From positions 1 to 64,000 of the IMG/VR virus record IMGVR_UViG_3300042293_000555: 64,000 nucleotides of DNA; one strand, given 5' to 3'. Positions 36,789 through 45,731 of the stretch are shown one piece after another. The position numbers and the translations under genes are program-made. Below the pieces are notes generated by a model that worked only from the letters and a program-made list of their open reading frames with translations, ran no database searches and was not told where the DNA came from. This stretch comes from a virus. Positions within the stretch are counted from its first letter, which is position 1; the number at the start of each line of letters is the position of its first letter.

Positions 36789-37515
36789 AGAAAGATATCA
36801 AGATGCATTATGGTATAATAAACCTGTAAGAATATTAATTTTTGGAGCAGGTGGAATTGGCTCTTGGAGTTCATTCTTTCTAACAAGAGCAGGTTTTGAT
36901 GTTAGAATTTTTGACTTTGATAGAGTTGAAGAACATAATCTTGGTGGACAAATGTTTCTACATCAAGATATTGGAAAGTTAAAAATTGATGCTGTAAATA
37001 ATGTTGCCAGGTTATTTAACAATGATGATTATATGTTTAGGGGAATGAACTTTAAAGTAGGTTCTAATTTCTCTTTTAATGATAGAGGTGGATTCTATGA
37101 ATACAATCCAAGAATAGCCACTATTGTCATCAGTGCTTTTGATAATATGGAAGCAAGAAAAAATCTATTTACAGCATTTACAGCAGCAAATAATACTACA
37201 CCAATGTGGTTTATTGATGGTAGATTATTGATGGAGCAAATGAGAATTTACTGTATCAACAAATCTCATCAAAAATCTATCATAGATTACATTGATGCTC
37301 ACTTGTTTGATGATTCTGAAGTTGAAGAATTACCTTGTACAATGAAACAGGTTGGACATGGTGCAGCTATGATTGCTACTCACATTACAGGATTTGTTAC
37401 TAACATTGTTTCCAATGAATTTGTATGGAGAGAAGAAGTGTTTCAAGTACCTTATATGTGGGATTACATTATTCCAACTAATTCTGTCACTCAAAAATTA
37501 GCAAGTGAATTATGA
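36781..37515 (+). CDS. E1-like ThiF/MoeB adenylating enzyme
   Basis: GAGGIGS, DFDRVEEHNLGGQ, KIDA, SAFDNMEAR, IDGR; candidate catalytic Cys in ELPCTMK. Confidence 0.88.
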   Translation: MSRERYQDALWYNKPVRILIFGAGGIGSWSSFFLTRAGFDVRIFDFDRVEEHNLGGQMFLHQDIGKLKIDAVNNVARLFNNDDYMFRGMNFKVGSNFSFNDRGGFYEYNPRIATIVISAFDNMEARKNLFTAFTAANNTTPMWFIDGRLLMEQMRIYCINKSHQKSIIDYIDAHLFDDSEVEELPCTMKQVGHGAAMIATHITGFVTNIVSNEFVWREEVFQVPYMWDYIIPTNSVTQKLASEL

Positions 37516-37994
37516 TAGCAGATTTGCATCCTATCTTTAAAACAGATACTAATTATCCAAGATTAAAAGGTAGAAATTCACATTCTACAACAATGTATTC
37601 TCTTCATTTTGCAAAGTTTAATTTTCATAGTAAGACATCACTGGTATTTGTAAATAAACCTATAGCAAATTTGACTAACTTAAATGAACACTTTACAAAC
37701 AATAATTACTTTTATTATTTTAGTAAAAGTAACATAATAGTTTCTAAAGGATTAATCTTGGATAGTAATACATTAGAAGTACTTGTATTTGTACACATTA
37801 AACAAAGATATAGATGTTTTGGAGAAAACTGGTCAGCAATAACATATTACAGAAATTCAAGTCTTGTAATATATGTTGCAACAGAGTTAAATGTTAAAGT
37901 TGTTGAAAAATTACTACCTTTAAGTCAATTTATAAAAATAATTTTCTTACCAAAAGAAGACTTACAAAGGTTAGTATATGAAGAACACGAATAG
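37512..37994 (+). CDS. Hypothetical protein coupled to the E1 gene
   Basis: ATGA overlap with the E1 stop. Confidence 0.55.
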   Translation: MIADLHPIFKTDTNYPRLKGRNSHSTTMYSLHFAKFNFHSKTSLVFVNKPIANLTNLNEHFTNNNYFYYFSKSNIIVSKGLILDSNTLEVLVFVHIKQRYRCFGENWSAITYYRNSSLVIYVATELNVKVVEKLLPLSQFIKIIFLPKEDLQRLVYEEHE

Positions 37995-38039
37995 AACTAA
38001 GGGGCATAATGTAAATTAGGATATTTAATATAAAATAAT

Positions 38040-38047
38040 TATATTTG
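38040..38047 (+). promoter_or_regulatory. Bacteroidota-type -7 element (TATATTTG)
   Basis: TAnnTTTG upstream of the homing endonuclease. Confidence 0.5.
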
Positions 38048-38063
38048 TAAAAATATATTAATT

Positions 38064-38651
38064 ATGGCAAAAACTCCTAAAAACATTAAAGTTAAAACAT
38101 TTATTTATGTTTTGGCTGACCCTGACACTCTTGAAATAAAATATGTTGGTAAAACTGTTAAACCATTAAAAATTAGATTAACAGGTCATATTTATTCTTG
38201 TAAAAAAGAAAAAAATCATAGGACAAATTGGATAAAATCTATTCTTAAAAAAGGTAAAAAACCTATAATAAAAATGATAGATTATTGTACATGGGATGAA
38301 AGTCAAAAATTAGAATATGATTGGATTATTAAATTCAAGGACAAAGGATATGACCTTGTTAATTTAACAAATGGTGGTGAAGGCAATTTAGGATTAAAAC
38401 TTAGTAAAGAACGAAGAGATAATCTTATAATAGCTGTTTCTAAAAAAATTTATCAATATACTTTAAATGGAGTATTTATAAAAGAATTTAAAAATGCAGT
38501 AGATGCTGCTAAAGAATTAAATTTAAAACACTCTTCTAAAATTAATGCTGCTGCAAGAGGGGTTAGAGGTAAAGCTGCAAACTTTTTATGGTCTTATGAA
38601 AAACTTAATTTTTTAAAAAAATATAAAAATAGATATGATAAAAACAGGTAA
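38064..38651 (+). mobile_element. Free-standing GIY-YIG homing endonuclease with NUMOD1-like DNA-binding domain
   Basis: FIYVL..KYVGKT..RLTGH..E..NLTNGGEG; IYQYTLNGVFIKEFKNAVDAA..FLWSY. Confidence 0.85.
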
Positions 38652-39018
38652 TACAAACAGAACTAAAGGAAACAATGCTGAACGTCATTATGCCTCTAAA
38701 TTAAAAGAAGTATTTCCTGATTGTCTTACAAGTAGATATGCATCTAAAGCATTAGATGATGCAGGGGTTGATTTAGCAAATATTCCAATACTTGTACAGA
38801 TTAAAGCAGGAATACAAAAAGGAATGAAACCTGATGAAATCTTAAAGAATATTGAAAACAAGATTCCTAAGATGATGAGTGATTTTCCTAAAGTACTTAT
38901 ACATCATAAGCAGGGTAAACCAGGCAAGAAAAGAGATGAGTATTCTTCATTGGTAACTATGACTTTTGATGATTTTTTCACAATTATTAAATTAGCTTAT
39001 GATAATCAGAACAAGTAA
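38635..39018 (+). CDS. PD-(D/E)XK Holliday junction resolvase-like nuclease
   Basis: KGNNAER..GVDL..VQIK. Confidence 0.75.
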   Translation: MIKTGNTNRTKGNNAERHYASKLKEVFPDCLTSRYASKALDDAGVDLANIPILVQIKAGIQKGMKPDEILKNIENKIPKMMSDFPKVLIHHKQGKPGKKRDEYSSLVTMTFDDFFTIIKLAYDNQNK

Positions 39019-40063
39019 AGAAGAAATAGAACACTACATTGCTTCATCAGCAGTAAATCAAAGTAAGTTAAAATTATTGACAGTAAGTGCTCAAGCATTT
39101 CAAGAAGTTAAAGAACCTGAAATGTTCTTTGAAGAAAAAGAACACTTTGTTATAGGTAGAGCAGTAGATGATTGGATTACTCAAGGTGATGAGTATTTTA
39201 TTACACATTATCATTTAGGTGCTACAAGTAAACCATCAGATGTAATAATGTCTATTATTCAACAAACTTTTGCTACAAGAACTGTAGATGATTGGTTTGA
39301 ACAAAACTTATTACCTGCTATTGAAGCACATAATTATCAACCTAATTGGAAACCTGATACTAAGATTGCTAAAGTCAGTACTGAAGGTGAAAGATATTGG
39401 AAAGAATTATTGTATAGTCAAGGTAAAACTGTATTGAGTGTTGAGCAGTATACTAAGGTACAAAATATAGTATCTGAACTTTTTAATAACAGGTTTACTG
39501 AATCTTATTTTAGAAGTTCTGCTCAAAAACACATTTACTATCAACTACCTATTTATTTTGAACTCAATAATGTTCAATGTAAAGCTCTATTAGATATGGT
39601 TATTGTAAATCATGTTGAAAAAGAAATTACATTAATTGACATTAAAACTATTGGTGACTATACTAAAAACTTTGATTATCAATGTCTTAGAAGAAGATAT
39701 GATATTCAAATAGCTTGGTATATGAAAGCAATTCTACATTGGGCAAAAATAAATCACTTTGGTGATTACAATCTTAATTTTCCAAAATTCATTGTTGCAT
39801 CTTCTACTAAAGTTTGTGATTCTATAGTATTTAATTGTACACCATCTTTCTTAAATGTTGGAGCATTTGGTACTCTTAAATATCAGGATTATAAGGTTAA
39901 TGCTGAAGAAGAAGAAATGCAGTTTGTAGAATCTACAATGTATGGTTATACCCAATTACTTGAAATGTACAAGTGGCATGAAGAAAATGGTTGGAACTAT
40001 GATTATGAAATTGAAATGAAGAAAGGTGAATTTACAATTGACTCAAGTTTTAAAAGACAGTAA
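38999..40063 (+). CDS. PD-(D/E)XK exonuclease (RecE/exo VIII-like)
   Basis: NQSKLK, GRAVD, KALLDMV..IDIKT, YDIQIAWY. Confidence 0.8.
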   Translation: MIIRTSKEEIEHYIASSAVNQSKLKLLTVSAQAFQEVKEPEMFFEEKEHFVIGRAVDDWITQGDEYFITHYHLGATSKPSDVIMSIIQQTFATRTVDDWFEQNLLPAIEAHNYQPNWKPDTKIAKVSTEGERYWKELLYSQGKTVLSVEQYTKVQNIVSELFNNRFTESYFRSSAQKHIYYQLPIYFELNNVQCKALLDMVIVNHVEKEITLIDIKTIGDYTKNFDYQCLRRRYDIQIAWYMKAILHWAKINHFGDYNLNFPKFIVASSTKVCDSIVFNCTPSFLNVGAFGTLKYQDYKVNAEEEEMQFVESTMYGYTQLLEMYKWHEENGWNYDYEIEMKKGEFTIDSSFKRQ

Positions 40064-40064
40064 T

Positions 40065-40634
40065 ATGGATGGTGTGAAAATACAGCTTGGACAACTCACC
40101 ATGAATAAAACTGCAAGATTTATTAAACCTTGTTTAAAATTGTATGGTGAAGAGTTTAGGAAAAGAATAAGTTCTGTATTTAAGTTAGCTTATGGTATAG
40201 GAGATATGTATATAGATAAAAAGTATGAAAAACATATCTTTATTCTTATAGATACTTTTAAATGTTCTAAGCATTTCTTAAGTACTTTGGAATGGTTACA
40301 GGAACAAGATTGTTATGAAGATGATTATGCTTATGATAACTTAGTACATGGCAGATTGCATATGATAGTTATTAAGTTACCTGAAGGTATTGATTTACAG
40401 TTATTTCTAAAAGGTAAATACAGTAAAATGTATACTGATACAGAAATAATTTCAATGCTTGATGATGAAACTAAAAGCATTGTTATTAAAGATAAGAATT
40501 ATAAAGTTACTTTTGTAGAGAAAGTTAATGCTTTATTTAAATCTAATCTTAAAGTGTCTGATTTAACTGCTGAAACTGAACTTGATACTCCACCTAACAT
40601 TCCTTTTTCAGAAGAACAAGAAATTTTTATTTAA
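40065..40634 (+). CDS. Conserved crAss-like hypothetical protein
   Basis: Likely start MDGVKIQ; FLKGKYSKMY segment. Confidence 0.6.
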   Translation: MDGVKIQLGQLTMNKTARFIKPCLKLYGEEFRKRISSVFKLAYGIGDMYIDKKYEKHIFILIDTFKCSKHFLSTLEWLQEQDCYEDDYAYDNLVHGRLHMIVIKLPEGIDLQLFLKGKYSKMYTDTEIISMLDDETKSIVIKDKNYKVTFVEKVNALFKSNLKVSDLTAETELDTPPNIPFSEEQEIFI

Positions 40635-40639
40635 CTATG

Positions 40640-40662
40640 GGGGAAGGCAACTTCCCCTTTTT
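40640..40662 (+). terminator. Intrinsic terminator
   Basis: GGGGAAG-GCAA-CTTCCCC-TTTTT. Confidence 0.75.
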
Positions 40663-40675
40663 CAACTACTTACTT

Positions 40676-40930
40676 ATGTTTAAATTAGTAAAAACAAATT
40701 ATCAAAATCAAAATCATTATCTTTTACTTAATGGTACACCTATTGAAACTGGTCAAAATGGTTTTACATTAGAAGTATTAGGTGCAACATTTACTCCACC
40801 TAATGCACAAATACCTATTATTAATATAGATCAGATTGATTCAATGATTTTAGAAGATACTGATTTACAAGATTGGGAAGTAGAAGTAGACAGTGATTTA
40901 AACATTTATTTAAAATCTCAACAATTATGA
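40676..40930 (+). CDS. Hypothetical protein
   Basis: Likely start MFKLVK, after the terminator. Confidence 0.55.
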   Translation: MFKLVKTNYQNQNHYLLLNGTPIETGQNGFTLEVLGATFTPPNAQIPIINIDQIDSMILEDTDLQDWEVEVDSDLNIYLKSQQL

Positions 40931-41559
40931 AACAGATACTAAAAGTTATCTTTGCACTTATGTTATTAGTAACATTTGAAAGTTGCACACAACAAAAACA
41001 ACCTATCATTCCTGTTATTCCTCAAACAGATGACACTATTAAGGATGATATTGAAGAAGTAAGAGCTATGGTTATAGGACATAAGACTGAATCTAAAGTC
41101 AATAAAAAACCTAAACAAAAACTTTCTTCAAGGGAAAAATATATTAAAAGATTTTTACCTACAGCTATTGCAGAATCTAAAAAGTATGGTATTCCTGTAT
41201 CTATTAAACTTGCTCAAGGTATAGTAGAATCTGATGCAGGAAATTCTTCATTAGCTACAAAACACAACATACATTTTTGTATTAAAGACCCTAAAAATGG
41301 TAAAGGAAGTATTAAACATCATGATGATGACCCTAATGATCATTTTTATACTTACAAAAGTGCATGGTATTCATTTAGACATCATTCTAAGTTTCTAAAA
41401 ACTCATAGTAGATATGCATTTTTATTTAAGATTCCTAAAACCAATTATAAAGCTTGGGCCAAAGGTTTAAAGAAAGCTGGATATGCTACTCATCCACACT
41501 ATGCTGAATCATTAATTTCAGTTATTGAAACTCACAAGCTTTATAAGTATGACCAATAA
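40927..41559 (+). CDS. GH73 glucosaminidase/muramidase with lipoprotein-like signal
   Basis: YGIPVSIKLAQGIVESDAG, HNIHFCIK, GYATHPHYA; N-terminal LLVTFESC. Confidence 0.85.
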   Translation: MKQILKVIFALMLLVTFESCTQQKQPIIPVIPQTDDTIKDDIEEVRAMVIGHKTESKVNKKPKQKLSSREKYIKRFLPTAIAESKKYGIPVSIKLAQGIVESDAGNSSLATKHNIHFCIKDPKNGKGSIKHHDDDPNDHFYTYKSAWYSFRHHSKFLKTHSRYAFLFKIPKTNYKAWAKGLKKAGYATHPHYAESLISVIETHKLYKYDQ

Positions 41560-41587
41560 TTAATTAATCAAATAATCAATATTTACA

Positions 41588-41776
41588 ATGACATTAGCAC
41601 AATTAAAAATTGAAGCACAAAAGTTGATTGCAGATTTTCCTCACCTTGAAAGAGAAGTATCAGAATTTTATCATTTAGCTAAAGATGAAATAGAACAAGG
41701 AGAATCTGAACAACATGAATGTAATCTTGCATATAATGATATGATGAGTTTACTAACTGAAGAACATGATATTTGA
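41588..41776 (+). CDS. Hypothetical protein
   Basis: 62-aa operonic ORF. Confidence 0.55.
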   Translation: MTLAQLKIEAQKLIADFPHLEREVSEFYHLAKDEIEQGESEQHECNLAYNDMMSLLTEEHDI

Positions 41777-41957
41777 GCCACAAAATAGAATAGAGGTAAT
41801 CACTCCTAAAGGTAAAGGGTTTATATGGTTAGTAACAGAATATGGTACTGAAACATCTAAACTCTTTACTGTTATACAAGATAATGGTGAAATATGGGAA
41901 TGGCAAAACAAGGATGTAAAAGTATTAAATAACATTACATTTAATAGAATAACATGA
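41766..41957 (+). CDS. Conserved small phage protein
   Basis: VITPKGKG..YG..NGEIW..N pattern. Confidence 0.6.
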   Translation: MIFEPQNRIEVITPKGKGFIWLVTEYGTETSKLFTVIQDNGEIWEWQNKDVKVLNNITFNRIT

Positions 41958-42646
41958 AAAACTTACACTTAATACCAACAGAGAAAGCAAGTAAGTTGTT
42001 TATACACAATGCTTTTAATGATTTAAGATTTGATATTAGAGAATTAAAACATGATAATAACCAAAACATCTACATCACTTCTGATGAAGAAATTAAAGAA
42101 GGAGATTACTTCTATTCTTTATTTCAAGGGGAAGAAAGAATATTAAAATACAATAAACTTGTAATACCTTTTCCTAAAGATAAAAAAATCATCCTAACAA
42201 CAGACCAAGACTTAGATGGTGTACAATCTATTGATGATGAGTTTTTAGAATGGTTTGTTAAGAATCCAAGTTGTGAGTTTGTTGAGGTTGGAAAATTATA
42301 TAAAAATGGTTATGGAAATTGGTATAGAAACGATAGTCATTTTATATCATCTGAAACTAAGTACAAAATCATCATTCCAAAAGAAGAACCTAAACAAGAA
42401 ACACTTGAAGAAGCTGCTGAAAAATATCATAATAAAATATCTAAAAAAAGAAATACTCAATTAGGTGTACCTTCAGAAGATTTTATTGAAGGTGCTAAAT
42501 GGCAATCTGAAAGAATGTATAGTGTGGAAGATTTAAAAAAAGCAATAGATTTAGCAAGAGTATTCAGTAAAATTACTGAAAATAATGGGTATGACGAGTT
42601 CGAGTATACCCCTATTGAAATTATTCAACAATTTAAAAACAAATAA
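41954..42646 (+). CDS. Modular hypothetical protein
   Basis: NIYITSDEEIKEGD..KIILTTDQDL..ETLEEAAE..FIEGAKWQ..MYS. Confidence 0.65.
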   Translation: MKNLHLIPTEKASKLFIHNAFNDLRFDIRELKHDNNQNIYITSDEEIKEGDYFYSLFQGEERILKYNKLVIPFPKDKKIILTTDQDLDGVQSIDDEFLEWFVKNPSCEFVEVGKLYKNGYGNWYRNDSHFISSETKYKIIIPKEEPKQETLEEAAEKYHNKISKKRNTQLGVPSEDFIEGAKWQSERMYSVEDLKKAIDLARVFSKITENNGYDEFEYTPIEIIQQFKNK

Positions 42647-42647
42647 T

Positions 42648-42839
42648 ATGACAGCAGTAGAATGGTTAGCAGAACAAATGATGCATCCACAAATACATCC
42701 ACAAATATTTAATCCATACATTGAACAAGCCCTCGAACTCGAAAAGCAGCAGATAATTGATTTTGGAGTTTGGTATTCAGGAATGGAACAAGAAAAAGTA
42801 AAAAAAGCATTTGAAAGATTTAAAAACGAAACAGAATGA
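42648..42839 (+). CDS. Small hypothetical protein
   Basis: MTAVEWL..EQALELEKQQII. Confidence 0.55.
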   Translation: MTAVEWLAEQMMHPQIHPQIFNPYIEQALELEKQQIIDFGVWYSGMEQEKVKKAFERFKNETE

Positions 42840-43897
42840 TTAATGCAAAAATAGTAGCAGATTCTTTAAGTCCACAAGGACATAGAATTACAACTATGGA
42901 AGTTGTATTTCCAAGATTTATTTTAGCAGAATTGAATACTCACAGAATGTTGTCAAAAAATTCAGCATCAAGTAGAGCTATTCCATTTGAAAAAATGGTT
43001 AAATCAGTTCAAGAAAATCCTTTTATTCCTATTGCTTGGCAAAAGCATCATAAGGGAATGCAGGGTAGTGAGTATAAAACAGGAAGTTCTGAAATACAAT
43101 TATGTATAAATAAATGGTTAGATGCCAGAGATAATGCAGTTCAATCTGCTAAACTATTAAATCAGTCAGAATTAGTAACTAAACAACTTTGTAACAGATT
43201 ACTTGAACCCTTTATGTGGCACAAAGTACTGATTACAGCAACTGAATGGAGTAATTTCTTTGAGTTGAGATGTCCTTTGTACTCATTATATAGTCCTCAT
43301 GGTGAACATTTATTTAAAAGTAAAAAAGATGCTATAGAGTATTTTAAAGGTACAGGATACAATGATGATGAAATTGAAAATTGGACAGATTTAGATTGGT
43401 TACAAATCAACAAAGGTCAATCTGAAATACACATGATGCAATTAGCTGAATGTATGTGGGATGCTATGAATGAATCTACTCCTAAGCAATTGAAAGCAGG
43501 TGAATGGCATATTCCTTATGGTGATACTATTAATGTTTTAGGAGATACTGATTTTAAAGAAGATGTATTAACTAAAATTAAAATAGCAACAGCAAGATGT
43601 GCAAGAGTGAGTTATACAACAGTAGGAGAAGATAGTAAAGAAATACCTTATGAAAAAGATATTGCTTTACATGATTCTTTAATTGCAAGTGGTCACATGA
43701 GTCCAACAGAACACATTGCCAGAGCTATGTCTGATGAAGAGTATTATACTTTCATAAGAGGTAAAGTTGATACTTATGAACCAACAAGATATTCTACTGT
43801 AGCAGACTTAACAATAAATGAAGTTCCAGGTACAGAAAAACTTTTTGGTTGGTGTAATAATTTTAGAGGATTTATTCAATATAGATATATGATTTAA
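42836..43897 (+). CDS. thyX: Flavin-dependent thymidylate synthase
   Basis: ELNTHRMLSKNSASSRAIP, KQLCNRLLEP, ARCARVSY, HMSPTEH. Confidence 0.85.
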   Translation: MINAKIVADSLSPQGHRITTMEVVFPRFILAELNTHRMLSKNSASSRAIPFEKMVKSVQENPFIPIAWQKHHKGMQGSEYKTGSSEIQLCINKWLDARDNAVQSAKLLNQSELVTKQLCNRLLEPFMWHKVLITATEWSNFFELRCPLYSLYSPHGEHLFKSKKDAIEYFKGTGYNDDEIENWTDLDWLQINKGQSEIHMMQLAECMWDAMNESTPKQLKAGEWHIPYGDTINVLGDTDFKEDVLTKIKIATARCARVSYTTVGEDSKEIPYEKDIALHDSLIASGHMSPTEHIARAMSDEEYYTFIRGKVDTYEPTRYSTVADLTINEVPGTEKLFGWCNNFRGFIQYRYMI

Positions 43898-43905
43898 TTA
43901 TTTCT

Positions 43906-43913
43906 TATATTTG
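43906..43913 (+). promoter_or_regulatory. Bacteroidota-type -7 element (TATATTTG)
   Basis: TAnnTTTG upstream of the aaRS paralog. Confidence 0.5.
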
Positions 43914-43944
43914 TAAATTCAATAACAATTTAAATTAATAAATA

Positions 43945-44790
43945 ATGAAAAAGCATTCTCTTCATTCTTCATTTTATCCACACATTGATTCAGAAAAATT
44001 CACTAAAGTTGTTAAGAAATTACGAGCATTCTTTAGTGATAAAGGATTCTTAGAAACTCACACTCAAAACAGACTCAGTATTTTAGCAGCTTGTGAAGAT
44101 CCTTTTAATATTAGAACTTTTGAGTATGAGAACCAAGTATGGCCTCTTCCTCAAACAGGTCAAATGTGGTTGGAACATGATTTGTTAAATAATCCTGAAT
44201 CAATAGGATATTTTTGTGTAAGTACATCTTACAGAAATGAAAAAGAACCTATTGAAGGAAGACATTGTATGATTTTTCCAATGTTTGAATTTGAATTTCA
44301 TGGTAACTTAAGTGATTTATGGATTGTTGAAGTTGAACTTCTTAATTATTTAGGATTTAAACAACATGAAGTAGCAAACTATGAAGAAGTTTGTAAGAAA
44401 TATAATGTAAGTATTATTGATTCTTTTATTGAAGGAAGAATGAATCAAGAAGGAAAGGATGCTATACTTTTAATGAATTTTCCAGAAAGAACTAACCCAT
44501 TCTGGAATATGAAAAGGTTAAATGATGTTGCAAGAAAAATTGATGTTATCTTACATGGTCAAGAAACTATTGGTTCTGCTGAAAGAAGTACTGATAAAGA
44601 ACAAATGCGTGAAACATTTTTTACTATTGAAGGAGGAAAATATGCTGAAAAGTTATTTGAACTCTTTGGTTACAACAGAGTAATAGCTGAGTTAGATGAG
44701 TTTTTAGAGAACAAATTCTTCCCAAGAGTAGGTGGTGGAATAGGTATCACAAGACTTATCAGAGCTATGGAAATTAGTAAATTACTGTAA
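43945..44790 (+). CDS. Class IIb aaRS (Asp/Asn/Lys) catalytic-domain-only paralog; possible asparagine synthetase
   Basis: Motif 1 LRAFFSDKGFLE, LPQTGQMWLE, motif 2 SYRNE..GRH..FEFE, motif 3 GGGIGITRL; 281 aa leaves no room for an OB anticodon domain. Confidence 0.8.
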   Translation: MKKHSLHSSFYPHIDSEKFTKVVKKLRAFFSDKGFLETHTQNRLSILAACEDPFNIRTFEYENQVWPLPQTGQMWLEHDLLNNPESIGYFCVSTSYRNEKEPIEGRHCMIFPMFEFEFHGNLSDLWIVEVELLNYLGFKQHEVANYEEVCKKYNVSIIDSFIEGRMNQEGKDAILLMNFPERTNPFWNMKRLNDVARKIDVILHGQETIGSAERSTDKEQMRETFFTIEGGKYAEKLFELFGYNRVIAELDEFLENKFFPRVGGGIGITRLIRAMEISKLL

Positions 44791-44791
44791 T

Positions 44792-45175
44792 ATGATAAAA
44801 TTCACTAAGAAGTTCAGTAAATATGAATTAATTGTAGGCACTAATAGTGTTGACATATTTAATCATTTTAATGTAAGTAAATTACATGGACTTACTAAAG
44901 AAGCAGCATTAGCTTATAAAGAAACTCCCAATGATGCTTACATTATGGGTATGTGTAATTATAGTCCTGCAAATAAGTTTCCCTATGTATTTATTAATAC
45001 TAATAGATTAAAAGGTGGATACAAAGATGCTACAGCAATTATGCATGAAACTGTACATTTAAGTTTACTTTTACACAATTGGAATGTTGAAAATAAAGAA
45101 GAAGAGATAGTAACTGATGCTGAAAAATATGCAAATCAAATACTATCTCTCATTAAGCTGAGTAACCTAATTTGA
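44792..45175 (+). CDS. Small zincin-like metallopeptidase
   Basis: IMHETVH..EE HExxH motif. Confidence 0.6.
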   Translation: MIKFTKKFSKYELIVGTNSVDIFNHFNVSKLHGLTKEAALAYKETPNDAYIMGMCNYSPANKFPYVFINTNRLKGGYKDATAIMHETVHLSLLLHNWNVENKEEEIVTDAEKYANQILSLIKLSNLI

Positions 45176-45192
45176 TCACTAAATTAATTTTT

Positions 45193-45720
45193 ATGAAATA
45201 TGTATTGGCAGTTTGGTTTACGTTCTCCACTGTTTATTGTAACACCTACACAAAAGAAGTGGAAATGGTGTTGGAAAAAAAAGAATTTGTAAATTGGTTA
45301 ATTAATTCTAAACCTAAACATACTTGGAATGATGTTGATTGGTTAGCTAAAATGATGATGTCAGAAGTTGCTGATTCTACTGATAAAGAATCTATTTATC
45401 TTGTTGGTGCAGTAGCAGTTAATCACACAACATTATTTGGTTATACTTTATTTGAAGCATTACACAGAAAACAAGCATTTTCAGGTTTAAATAATGAAGC
45501 ATACCATTGGTGGAGAGCTGAACCTACAACAGTACATAAACAAATAGCTATTGACTTAATAACCAATGGTGTACAAGAAAGAGCTTGTAATGTTTTTGCA
45601 TTTTGTAATATGTCACTTATATCTAAGCATGCACATAATTGGTTTAGTTCTTTTAAACTTTATAAAAAAATAGGTCAAGTTTCTTTTTTCTCTTATGAAA
45701 AAGCTGTAAGTTTGCCTTAA
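45193..45720 (+). CDS. SleB/Hydrolase_2-like cell-wall hydrolase with signal peptide
   Basis: DVDWLAKMMMSE..VGAVAVN..QAFSG..KIGQVSFF. Confidence 0.6.
   Translation: MKYVLAVWFTFSTVYCNTYTKEVEMVLEKKEFVNWLINSKPKHTWNDVDWLAKMMMSEVADSTDKESIYLVGAVAVNHTTLFGYTLFEALHRKQAFSGLNNEAYHWWRAEPTTVHKQIAIDLITNGVQERACNVFAFCNMSLISKHAHNWFSSFKLYKKIGQVSFFSYEKAVSLP
45707..45714 (+). promoter_or_regulatory. Bacteroidota-type -7 element (TAAGTTTG)
   Basis: TAnnTTTG upstream of the dUTPase. Confidence 0.4.
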
Positions 45721-45731
45721 ATCAACTTATT

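Noticed and set aside
36781-37515. ThiF/MoeB for thiamine or molybdopterin synthesis, or a MccB-like peptide adenylase
   Set aside because: No cofactor-pathway or precursor-peptide genes nearby; the neighbours are JAB, E2-like and Ubl-like genes.
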